This document shows positions 54,595-62,808 of a stretch of DNA of 64,000 bases, piece after piece. The notes under the pieces were generated by a model. The model made no database searches, was not told the origin of the DNA, and saw only the letters and a program-made list of their open reading frames with translations. The position numbers and the translations under genes were made by a program. Every line of letters starts with the position of its first letter. Position 1 is the stretch's first letter. The stretch spans positions 7,445 through 71,444 of the forward strand of contig JAQWTL010000002.1 of assembly GCA_029242715.1 (NCBI GenBank), given 5' to 3'. This stretch comes from Phycisphaerales bacterium. GTDB lineage: Bacteria > Planctomycetota > Phycisphaerae > Phycisphaerales > SM1A02.

Positions 54595-57270
54595 CTAGCA
54601 CCCCCCAGCCCAGCAAGCCAGGACAGCCAGGATGTCCTCCACATCAACGACGCCGTCACCATTGAGATCCTCGGGACAGCCTTCACAATCCCCGAAGGCG
54701 TTCAAGATCGCAAGGAGATCCTCAACGTTGACCTCACCATCACCATTGACATCACCAGCAGCCTGGCAGGAGTCCGGGATGTTGTCCTCGTCGGCGTCGG
54801 TGCAGGTATCAGCGAAGCAGTTCACACCCATGTCATTGAAGGGGCCAGTGATGTGGTCCGGTGTGTTGTCGCAGAACACACTCCAGGACACATCAGGTGC
54901 CGCCCAGTCGAGTGATGCGATGGCGCCACCGTACCAACCCTCACCAGCGATATTACCTGAGAAGCGGCAATGCTCGATCACTGAATGACCACCATCGATA
55001 TGCATGGCTCCACCCTGTTCATCCGAGACATTGTCGGTAAAATGGCATCGCTGCAGTTGCAGGTCGTTACTGCTGATGACCAGCGCCGCACCGCGTCGTC
55101 CAGTATTGGACATGAAGTGCGAATCAGCGATCGCACCCGTACCTGAACCGCTGCCACTACTCGTCAAGTCAATTGCACCAGCGGAATTGGATGCCGAATT
55201 ACGATTGAACAGACAGTCAGCAATGTCAAGATTCTGAACACTGGCCCAGATACCGCCGCCATACGCAGAATCGTTGAGCTCCAGATAGCAGTTGTCTGCC
55301 TCAAGGGAGTCCACGATGGCATACAGACCACCACCACTGAACTCTGCGGTGTTCTCTTTAAACGAGCAATCCTGCAATGCTGCCTGCATTCCTTCAGCGT
55401 GAATGGCACCCCCGGTACCCGTCGCATGGTTGTTCAGGAAGCGACAGTTCTTGACCACCAGGTTGTCGCCAGAAAAGAACACGCCGGCCCCTCTCTGTGA
55501 CCAGCAGTCCTGGATTGTGAATCCGTCTATCGTGAGATCACCGTTGTTGCAGACGATGCAGCCTGACAATCCGCCGCCATCAATAAACGTGAACATGGGG
55601 CCATCAGTACTTTGGATCACCAATGGCTTGTTACTGGAATACACACCATCCCAAGTGCCAGGCCCTACCAGGATTCGATCGCCAAGTTGAGCCGCATCCG
55701 CAGCTTCCTGGATAGTGGCATATTCCCAAGGCACAAGGAGATCAGATTCACCACCACCAAGCGCATCAATACAAGCCATCAGGTCAGGCAGAGGACCAAT
55801 ACGCTCTTCCTCGATCGGAATACCAAACTGTGATTGCTGTGGCTGGCCGGATAGTTGCAAACGCCATTTCAAACCTGCAGGTGAAAGTGGTGATCCGAGA
55901 TTCGCCTTGCACCAAGACTGCACCAGGATGCAGGCACCAGCAACGATGGGTGAAGCTCCAGATGTACCACCGAAGTCATCGCGATACTCGCAACCAGAAA
56001 CTGACCAGATCGTGCCTGTAGAAGAAGAGGATGGACCAGTCGTGACGATATTGTCACCCCATCCCTGGAGATCGACCGTAGATCCAAAGTTGGAAAAACT
56101 ACTTCGTGTTCGGTCCATACCAAACTTCCCGGATCGTCCTGCACCAACGATGATTGCGCCGGAATCACGCTCCGCCAGAAAGGGCCAGTGCCCATCGTTG
56201 ATTTTCCCAAGATATGGAATTTCAAGCGAATACAAAGGATCGTCAAGATCTTCCCTGCCGTTACCGGCAGCTTCAACAACTACCCTGCCATTAGCGGTTG
56301 CAATCCGAATCGCGTGATAGTTCGGCTCGAACCATTCCACAGGGATAAGACCAGCCTGCGTATTACTATTGGGATTGAATCGAGGGCCGGCAGTCTGAGC
56401 CTCCAGCAGGATGACATCACCAGGATTCATCGTGGCGCCAGCTTTCAGGATCGCAAAATCGATACCCAATCGGAGACCAGGAGTCAGCCTGATGAAGGAT
56501 GGATGAAAATAGGTTTGATCAACACCATGAGCAACACCCGTTGTCCCGACAGAATCGTCAAGGGCAACAACTTGGCCGATCGTAGCGGTTCCATGATGAG
56601 GCCCGAACGCACTGTATTGTGGCCCAAGCGATGTGACCGCCGGGAGGTCACAGTGACCGTCTCCGAATTCGTACTCGATGTCACAGAACTGAATACCCTG
56701 CCCGGTAATACCGTAGACATTCCAGATCGCATCTGCCCCGATCCCATTGTCAGCAGTTGAACCCAGGTACTCTTGATCTGACTCATAGTCAGGCTGTCCA
56801 ACAAATGGTTCATTCACCACCATTGGAACAGGAATCGCCTGAGTCACCCATGCCAATTCCCGTGCCGCCTCGATGGCTGCCCAGGTGTCCGTGCCACCCT
56901 GAAGTCTGACGTAGACACCCTGCCAAGGCTTGGGAATCGACTGCTGCAAGGTCGCTTCTGCGGTTGCATGCATGTCGGACAGGACTTCCAGATCCAGATC
57001 ACCGGTTGCACTCGTCCATTCGGCTCCAATCATCAATGGAATATGGTCTGGCATGCCCGGCAAACTGAGGCCCTCCATGGCCTCATCAGGGGGAACGCCG
57101 TCTGCGAAATGGAGATACATCAGACCCGGCTCATGGCCGGGATGCATACCGATTACAGGCCATTCATTGGGATCATCATTTTGACCTCCAAGAGCCATCG
57201 GACTTGCAAGAGAAACGGTCGTCAATAGAACAGCCAACGGCCTCCAGGCCGTACGTGAATCGCGTGACAT
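54595..57270 (-). CDS. secreted subtilisin-like (S8) serine protease with beta-helix repeats and C-terminal dockerin-like domain
   Basis: Catalytic motifs: QFCDIEY (Asp), GPHHGTATIG (His), EAAGNG (oxyanion Asn), GGTSGASPIVAG (Ser). Then PbH1-like repeats (VVKNCRFLNNHATGTGGAI, LQDCSFKENTAEFSGGGL, IADCLFNRNSASNSAGAI, LQRCHFTDNVSDEQGGAM, IEHCRFSGN). Tail: DVNGDGEVNVEDLLAILNAFGDCEGCPEDLNGDGVVDVEDILAVLACWAGGC. Confidence 0.8.
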   Translation of the reverse strand: MSRDSRTAWRPLAVLLTTVSLASPMALGGQNDDPNEWPVIGMHPGHEPGLMYLHFADGVPPDEAMEGLSLPGMPDHIPLMIGAEWTSATGDLDLEVLSDMHATAEATLQQSIPKPWQGVYVRLQGGTDTWAAIEAARELAWVTQAIPVPMVVNEPFVGQPDYESDQEYLGSTADNGIGADAIWNVYGITGQGIQFCDIEYEFGDGHCDLPAVTSLGPQYSAFGPHHGTATIGQVVALDDSVGTTGVAHGVDQTYFHPSFIRLTPGLRLGIDFAILKAGATMNPGDVILLEAQTAGPRFNPNSNTQAGLIPVEWFEPNYHAIRIATANGRVVVEAAGNGREDLDDPLYSLEIPYLGKINDGHWPFLAERDSGAIIVGAGRSGKFGMDRTRSSFSNFGSTVDLQGWGDNIVTTGPSSSSTGTIWSVSGCEYRDDFGGTSGASPIVAGACILVQSWCKANLGSPLSPAGLKWRLQLSGQPQQSQFGIPIEEERIGPLPDLMACIDALGGGESDLLVPWEYATIQEAADAAQLGDRILVGPGTWDGVYSSNKPLVIQSTDGPMFTFIDGGGLSGCIVCNNGDLTIDGFTIQDCWSQRGAGVFFSGDNLVVKNCRFLNNHATGTGGAIHAEGMQAALQDCSFKENTAEFSGGGLYAIVDSLEADNCYLELNDSAYGGGIWASVQNLDIADCLFNRNSASNSAGAIDLTSSGSGSGTGAIADSHFMSNTGRRGAALVISSNDLQLQRCHFTDNVSDEQGGAMHIDGGHSVIEHCRFSGNIAGEGWYGGAIASLDWAAPDVSWSVFCDNTPDHITGPFNDMGVNCFADTCTDADEDNIPDSCQAAGDVNGDGEVNVEDLLAILNAFGDCEGCPEDLNGDGVVDVEDILAVLACWAGGC
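54598..54762 (-). other. dockerin-like double EF-hand module ending in WAGGC
   Basis: AAGDVNGDGEVNVEDLLAILNAFGDCEGCPEDLNGDGVVDVEDILAVLACWAGGC. Confidence 0.6.
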
Positions 57271-57458
57271 GTTTAGGGCTCCTTATCAAGACGTCACCAC
57301 ACACTGGACAACGTCTCGCTCAAGAAAGAGGCTTTGACAGCCCGCCTGACACTGCGATTTGGAATTTGTGACAACATGACAAACTATCAAAAATGCCTCC
57401 TGTCTACTGACAGGATCCGAATCCGGATGACAACACCTCGGCAGAGCCCACAACAGAA

Positions 57459-57498
57459 CCCGTGGGTGGTCCCGGACGACACCGAGACCACCCACGGG
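57459..57498 (-). terminator. strong hairpin, candidate terminator of the small ORF 57541..57678
   Basis: Perfect 13-bp stem CCCGTGGGTGGTC / GACCACCCACGGG with a 14-nt loop. The minus-strand downstream sequence is TTCTGTTG. Confidence 0.4.
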
Positions 57499-57540
57499 TG
57501 GAATAAGACAAGTTTGTAACGGACACTCGCAGTTCAGCAG

Positions 57541-57678
57541 TCACCCTGCCGGCAGTTGATCAAAGCTATCCTTGTTGTCTGCCCCGTACACAGCGGTCGA
57601 TTCAATTCCTGTGCAAACGATTGATGCAATAAGTGACATGGTCAACATGGCGCCGACCCGACTGGTTCTGCTCAGCAT
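57541..57678 (-). CDS. possible small secreted peptide (45 aa)
   Basis: Internal ATG of track ORF 57541..57729, preceded by AAGGGAA about 7 nt upstream. Sequence: MLSRTSRVGAMLTMSLIASIVCTGIESTAVYGADNKDSFDQLPAG, i.e. a signal-like N-terminus plus a polar tail of about 20 aa. A hairpin follows it. Short, so low confidence. Confidence 0.3.
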   Translation of the reverse strand: MLSRTSRVGAMLTMSLIASIVCTGIESTAVYGADNKDSFDQLPAG

Positions 57679-58181
57679 GTAAGTTCCCTTATCTTGCTTT
57701 GAATTGGAAGATTGATTCCCTGAAACCAACCTTCCCTATGCAGTTAATCAGCAGATATGTGACTTACTTGTCAGCGGGGATTTGAATTTGCACGTGAAAC
57801 CACTCAGGCACTTCCAGAGGCCATTTTTGGTCAATATCAGGAAATTCTCGAATCCATCTGACAGACATACCTGTCAGATACTGATGCATATATGGATACG
57901 AAAGTCTCGTATCCAGGAACTGCAAGCCCAATTGGCCAAAGTTCCGTCGCATGGGAGACGGTCATAGAGCCTGCATGGCTCAGACCTGCTGAAATCAAAG
58001 CCCTCAAATCAGCCCGGCTCAGGCCGATAGCTGCCAGTGGCACTGCAGCCTGCTGGAACCGTATTGCCCTCACAAAGTCGACTGCCGACTTCAAATGAAC
58101 ATGCATAGCTCGGGAGCTCCCGCAACTCAGCGCGCCCCGGATGTGACATGGAGTATCTGTGCAGAAAAGGAGAACCAAGAG

Positions 58182-58913
58182 ATGTTGATGAAAATTGTGG
58201 CAAGTATTGCCCTTGTTACCACCATCGCAGCCGTCACCACGACCACGTGGAGTCGCGAGAACGATGAGTTTGACGGTATTGCCAAAGGAGGTGTTCTTTT
58301 CAATGGAACGCTACTGGAAGCACCGTTTATTGTGCGATTTCAGGATGAACTTCTGACAATCAACCAAGCTGAAATTGGAAAAGTGGAGACCGTCGATATA
58401 ACGAGCGAGCAATACTCACTCGATACCATTGATGGTGTTATCCAACAGGCCTATACGATTCATGATGCAATCATGAAAGTGTCAGGCAAGAATACGGCGA
58501 TCAAATCAACAATCAATACCCTTGTTGCCAGTCCTCTTGTTGATTCTGCCATAGTCAACGGTGACGCTATTGATGTTCAATTCAAAGGAGAAGAGTTTGT
58601 TGAAGTCCTCATGTTTGACTTTGACAACCGTAATCAAGATCTGGAATTGAACCAAGTCAATTTTCTGAAGGAACGCCAGCAGATGATCAAGTACTTCTTA
58701 AATGAAGATCGCATGGTCATACTTCAAGATGGCATTCTCGTCATCACGGAACCTGGCTCCGCAAAATCCAAAGTTGATGAACTACGTTCTGCATTATCTG
58801 ATGGTGTTGATGAACAAGAACGCCGAAAACAACTTCTTAAGATTATTCCCGACCAATTAGTTGCAAATCGTGTCGCTCAGACGCTTAAAGACAATGAGGA
58901 GGCAACTCGATGA
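58182..58913 (+). CDS. membrane-anchored protein of unknown family, cassette copy 1 (small partner)
   Basis: ATG 58182 sits 9 nt after AAGGAG. N-terminal anchor: MLMKIVASIALVTTIAAVTTTTW. It aligns with 62050..62808 (blocks ...RMVILQDGILVITEP..., ...LLKIIPDQLVANRVAQTL). Its stop overlaps the next ATG (ATGA). Confidence 0.6.
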   Translation: MLMKIVASIALVTTIAAVTTTTWSRENDEFDGIAKGGVLFNGTLLEAPFIVRFQDELLTINQAEIGKVETVDITSEQYSLDTIDGVIQQAYTIHDAIMKVSGKNTAIKSTINTLVASPLVDSAIVNGDAIDVQFKGEEFVEVLMFDFDNRNQDLELNQVNFLKERQQMIKYFLNEDRMVILQDGILVITEPGSAKSKVDELRSALSDGVDEQERRKQLLKIIPDQLVANRVAQTLKDNEEATR

Positions 58914-61606
58914 AATCCTTCTCCAAACAAGTTGTTTTCTTACTCACGATCGCAATGATGACGATCGCATCCGCAACAGTCAACGGCGCAAATAGAACAC
59001 CGGGTGACGACAAGGGTGCTGACCATACCGCCTTCTATTTTGGGCCTTATGACTGGTCTGGCTTTACCAAATATGTCCCATACAAAACTCATGTTTGTAG
59101 TGGCGGCGGAATGGGCCAACAATACTCCGCTTCTTTTTATCAGGAGATGTCTGCACCAGCTTCCACTTCACAAGTTTGCACAATCGCAAGCTTTCACAGT
59201 TTGATATCTAATAACAATCAGTCTTTAGCGACCTTACTCATTGATACTCACGGCAGTACAGGATTTATGGCAATTGAAAGCTTTGCCAAAACTCCTGCCG
59301 GCAGAGTTGCTCGGGACCTGCGATATAACAAGTACATCACAGGCAACTTTCCTGGAGCCCCAACGTTTTTGGCGTCTGATCTGGGACGTGGCTCAACTCA
59401 CGACTCACATTGCATCAGCATCAGATCAAGCTTTATCACTCGCTACGCGAACGTCCCTTCCAGCCTGGTGTATAACTCGAGCTGTAGCGGCGCAAGCCTG
59501 AATGCCACATGGGTCGCTGCAGGCGCACGTGTCTCACTAGGATATTCCGGAACTGTCCAATCAGGCGTAGCCTACGCAGGTGTAAAAACGTTCTTTTCGC
59601 GCATGGATGGCCAGGCAGGAATCACGAACCGACCGGTTTCAAAAGCCCGTGCCGGAGTCGCACAACTGTCAGTATCAGGCAATGAGGCTACAACCTTGGT
59701 TCCAGCCGTTCTATCCGTAAATGCCCCTTGTCCGATTCAAGTTGGTGACAAGGTGACCTACACCATGGATACAGAATGCGAACAAGCCATTCCAAGCGAA
59801 GTTATTGGAATCAATTGCACAATCGAAGGCGAAGTATGGTTGTCCAAAACTACGCTCCAGGGAACGTGTACCGCAGTACAGGGAGATGGAACTTTCTATG
59901 GATTGAGATTGGAATGGGGATCAGTCTGGAGTGACTGGAATATTGCTCATCTCGATGGCAATACCGTGCCCCCAGTCAATGCCAAGGGCAGGGCCCATGA
60001 TGATCACCTCATATATAAATCATGTCCGCAAGTATGCATTGGTGATTACGACAATGACACCTCTGTCAACATTAACGACATCCTAGCCATCCTCAGTGAT
60101 TGGGAAATCACCGGAATCGATGTTCTCCTCGGAGCACTCGACAACTGGGGCTCTGACTGCCCAACTGGCGCATGTTGCACTTATGAGTATTGCATGTCAG
60201 ACGTGAGTCCCGAAGAATGTGAATATTGGGATGGCGTCTATCAAGGTGATGATTCGACCTGTGACACGACCGTATGTTCTTCAAATGGAGCCTGCTGCTT
60301 CCCGCCCTATGACTGCGTGGACAGCTTCCCTGAACTCGAATGCTATGAACTTGGCGGAGATTTCTATGGGCCTGGTTCAACATGCAACAGCAATGACTGC
60401 TGGAGCTATCCCCTCGGTGCCTGCTGTTATGAAGATGGCACCTGCACCCCTGATGTTACAGAGGTCGATTGCTTGAACAGTGGCGGCTTCTTCATGGGGC
60501 TTGACTCCACCTGCGATCTTTGCGACGTGTATGATCCCATTGGTGCTTGCTGCGTTGATCTCGGAGATGGCAACGAGTGCTATCAGCTCTCCGAATTCGA
60601 TTGCACACTTTTCAATGGCATGTTCATCAGCGTGGGCATCAGTTGCGATGAAGTTCCTGAATGTGCCCCAACTGGCGCCTGCTGTGTTCCTGTAGGTGAC
60701 ACACCTTCATGTTATGACGCAGTGACACAGGATCTGTGTGAAGGCGGCAGTTGGTTTGAAGGCCAGACCTGCGAGGACATCAATTGGGAATGCACACCTC
60801 CTTGGGGCGCGTGTTGCCTGCTAGACATCAATGCGTGTCTGGATGGCTTCAGTGAAATCGAGTGCAATCAAGAAAATGGTGTTTTCTACGTGGAAACGAC
60901 CTGCAGCGATGTCACTTGCGAAGGCACTATTGGAGCCTGCTGTGTTGGCCCAGATTGCTACGTCATGACTGCATGGCAATGTGGCGAACTCAATGGCGAT
61001 TACCTGGGAGACTCGACGGATTGCAGCGGTACCCCTTGCCAAGAGCCTCCTGGCACAGGTGCTTGCTGCATCTATGACGGCATGGGGAATGGCTCATGCA
61101 CACTCACGATTGAAACTGATTGTGACGAAGTAGGCGGCCAGTACTATGGTGATGGCACTGGATGCAATGACATCCTTTGTGATGTCATACCGGTCGGTGC
61201 ATGCTGCTTCACGAATGGCGACTGCATGGACAGCATTGACTTGAATGAGTGCAAGGCCATGGGTGGCATCTTCCAATCAGACGCTGATTGCAACGGGACA
61301 TCCTGCTTCCCTGACAGCGGCGCCTGCTGCTGGTCGGATGGCACATGCTCAGACAATGTCGGTTCAGAGGATTGCACCTATGCCGGCGGTTTTTTCTATG
61401 CAACTAATAGCTGCATAGATGCTCCATGTGACGTCCCCGTTGAATGCCCCAATGGCGAAATCGAGGACTGCAACGGTAATTGCTTTCCAGCGAACTGGGT
61501 AGGCGATGGCATCTGTGATGATGCAACAACATGGGACGCTGTGTTCAATTGTCCGGAGTTCAACTGTGATGGAGGCGACTGCCCTCCGGAGAATTGCGGC
61601 GGTTAA
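58910..61606 (+). CDS. giant secreted Cys-rich protein, cassette copy 1: conserved His/Cys N-terminal domain + single dockerin-like loop + 10 GACC six-Cys repeats + LNR-like module
   Basis: Signal peptide: MKSFSKQVVFLLTIAMMTIASATVNGA. N-domain motifs: TPGDDKGADHTAFYF, LLIDTHGS, VYNSSCSGAS, FFSRMDGQAGITNRPV. Dockerin-like loop: CIGDYDNDTSVNINDILAILSDWE (60035-60106). See the repeat and LNR features for the rest. Confidence 0.75.
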   Translation: MKSFSKQVVFLLTIAMMTIASATVNGANRTPGDDKGADHTAFYFGPYDWSGFTKYVPYKTHVCSGGGMGQQYSASFYQEMSAPASTSQVCTIASFHSLISNNNQSLATLLIDTHGSTGFMAIESFAKTPAGRVARDLRYNKYITGNFPGAPTFLASDLGRGSTHDSHCISIRSSFITRYANVPSSLVYNSSCSGASLNATWVAAGARVSLGYSGTVQSGVAYAGVKTFFSRMDGQAGITNRPVSKARAGVAQLSVSGNEATTLVPAVLSVNAPCPIQVGDKVTYTMDTECEQAIPSEVIGINCTIEGEVWLSKTTLQGTCTAVQGDGTFYGLRLEWGSVWSDWNIAHLDGNTVPPVNAKGRAHDDHLIYKSCPQVCIGDYDNDTSVNINDILAILSDWEITGIDVLLGALDNWGSDCPTGACCTYEYCMSDVSPEECEYWDGVYQGDDSTCDTTVCSSNGACCFPPYDCVDSFPELECYELGGDFYGPGSTCNSNDCWSYPLGACCYEDGTCTPDVTEVDCLNSGGFFMGLDSTCDLCDVYDPIGACCVDLGDGNECYQLSEFDCTLFNGMFISVGISCDEVPECAPTGACCVPVGDTPSCYDAVTQDLCEGGSWFEGQTCEDINWECTPPWGACCLLDINACLDGFSEIECNQENGVFYVETTCSDVTCEGTIGACCVGPDCYVMTAWQCGELNGDYLGDSTDCSGTPCQEPPGTGACCIYDGMGNGSCTLTIETDCDEVGGQYYGDGTGCNDILCDVIPVGACCFTNGDCMDSIDLNECKAMGGIFQSDADCNGTSCFPDSGACCWSDGTCSDNVGSEDCTYAGGFFYATNSCIDAPCDVPVECPNGEIEDCNGNCFPANWVGDGICDDATTWDAVFNCPEFNCDGGDCPPENCGG
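60167..61444 (+). repeat. ten tandem ~42-aa six-cysteine 'GACC' repeats (protein-level)
   Basis: Each unit fits G-A-C-C-x(3-8)-C-x(7-8)-C-x(2-4)-G-[GDM]-x-[FY]-x(4-7)-C-x(3-5)-C. Examples: GACCYEDGTCTPDVTEVDCLNSGGFFMGLDSTCDLCDV, GACCFTNGDCMDSIDLNECKAMGGIFQSDADCNGTSCF, GACCWSDGTCSDNVGSEDCTYAGGFFYATNSCIDAPCDV. The nucleotide sequences are diverged. Confidence 0.8.
61445..61603 (+). other. Notch/LNR-like Cys-rich module at the C-terminus
   Basis: CPNGEIEDCNGNCFPANWVGDGICDDATTWDAVFNCPEFNCDGGDCPPENCGG. It fits the LNR pattern C..C...W.GDG.CD....N C....C DGGDC. Confidence 0.6.
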
Positions 61607-61632
61607 GTCAACCGTCTTGAATTGAACTGAAA

Positions 61633-61666
61633 ACAACTGCCGGTTCCCTTGGGAGCCGGCAGTTGT
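61633..61666 (+). terminator. strong hairpin separating the two cassette copies
   Basis: ACAACTGCCGGTTCC...GGAGCCGGCAGTTGT forms a stem of about 14 bp (one G:U pair), 27 nt after the stop. The U-tract is weak (CATTGTC). Confidence 0.5.
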
Positions 61667-62049
61667 CATTGTCGCAGGCTCAAGAGCATGAACCTCAGGG
61701 CCACAGGGCTGTCAGCACCCCGGCCGTGACCGCTGCAAAGATCACACCATGTGTGATGGTCTTGTCATTACATCCAGAGACTTTGAATGAAATTTAAATG
61801 AGCAGGTAATGAATTCCCACTGCCAAGAGATCTTGGTGGCAGACCAGACATTCCAGGAATTGAACAAGTGATGGCCAATGTATGAAAGGCCTGTGAAAGC
61901 CCTTTCAGAAGGTTCTCTTGGAAATCTGACAAATTTCCCGACTTGAACTGACAGAACACCACGATTTCCGCAAGAAGAGGATTGGAGGCCCCGTTTAGTT
62001 TTTGTGCTCTGTGGGAAAATTTGCCCTCTTGCGTATATGGGAGAGTCAC

Positions 62050-62808
62050 ATGTCAAAGCGCTATCAATGCGCTGTCGTCGCCACGATCGGATCGATCGTG
62101 GTCCTCACGACAGCATCCTTCAGTTGGTGGGCCCCGGCCCCAAATGCCCCGAAATCAAACATCAATACTGGTGCCCTGGTCCTGGATGGCACCGAAATCG
62201 CGAAGCCCTTTGATATTGGAATTGAAGGCGACCAGGTCCAGGTCAACGGTCAGGTGATTCTTGAGGTCACTCCACCGGCCCCGGCCACGCCCGAGGTGTA
62301 CGACCTCGATACAGCCTACGGCGTCATCAGCAATGCCATGGAGCAGTACGCCATCATCCAGAGCGACCGAGGCGTCGACGCGGCCTCCGCCAGTACGTTG
62401 AAACTCCTCCGCGAAAGCGAACTCGTGGATTCGGCCCGGTCCTTGAACTCGGGCACATTCGAAGTGTTTCTCAAAGGTGACCCGTATCCTGAAATCCTCG
62501 AGCTTTCCGGCGAGCGGTCAACACCCGTGGGATCCGCAAGTGCTCGACAAGCTCTCCGTGAACGTCATGTCGCCATCGAGAACTTCCTCCGACAAGGTCG
62601 GCTGGTCGTGCTCCAGGACGGCATTCTCGTCGCAACCGAGCCGAACACCGCTGATGAGCGGATCACTGCCATTCGAGACGCCTCGGACCCCGACCTGGGC
62701 CTTGCCCAGCGGCGGGAACTGCTGCAGTCGGTCATTCCCGACGCATTGGTAGCGGAGCTGCTCGCAAACCGGCTACAGGCTGACAGCGGAAAGGTGGTGC
62801 AGCCATGA
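62050..62808 (+). CDS. membrane-anchored protein of unknown family, cassette copy 2 (small partner)
   Basis: ATG 62050 is preceded by GGGAGAG. N-terminal anchor: MSKRYQCAVVATIGSIVVLTTASFSWW. Paralogue of 58182..58913. Its stop overlaps the next ATG (ATGA at 62805-62808). Confidence 0.6.
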   Translation: MSKRYQCAVVATIGSIVVLTTASFSWWAPAPNAPKSNINTGALVLDGTEIAKPFDIGIEGDQVQVNGQVILEVTPPAPATPEVYDLDTAYGVISNAMEQYAIIQSDRGVDAASASTLKLLRESELVDSARSLNSGTFEVFLKGDPYPEILELSGERSTPVGSASARQALRERHVAIENFLRQGRLVVLQDGILVATEPNTADERITAIRDASDPDLGLAQRRELLQSVIPDALVAELLANRLQADSGKVVQP

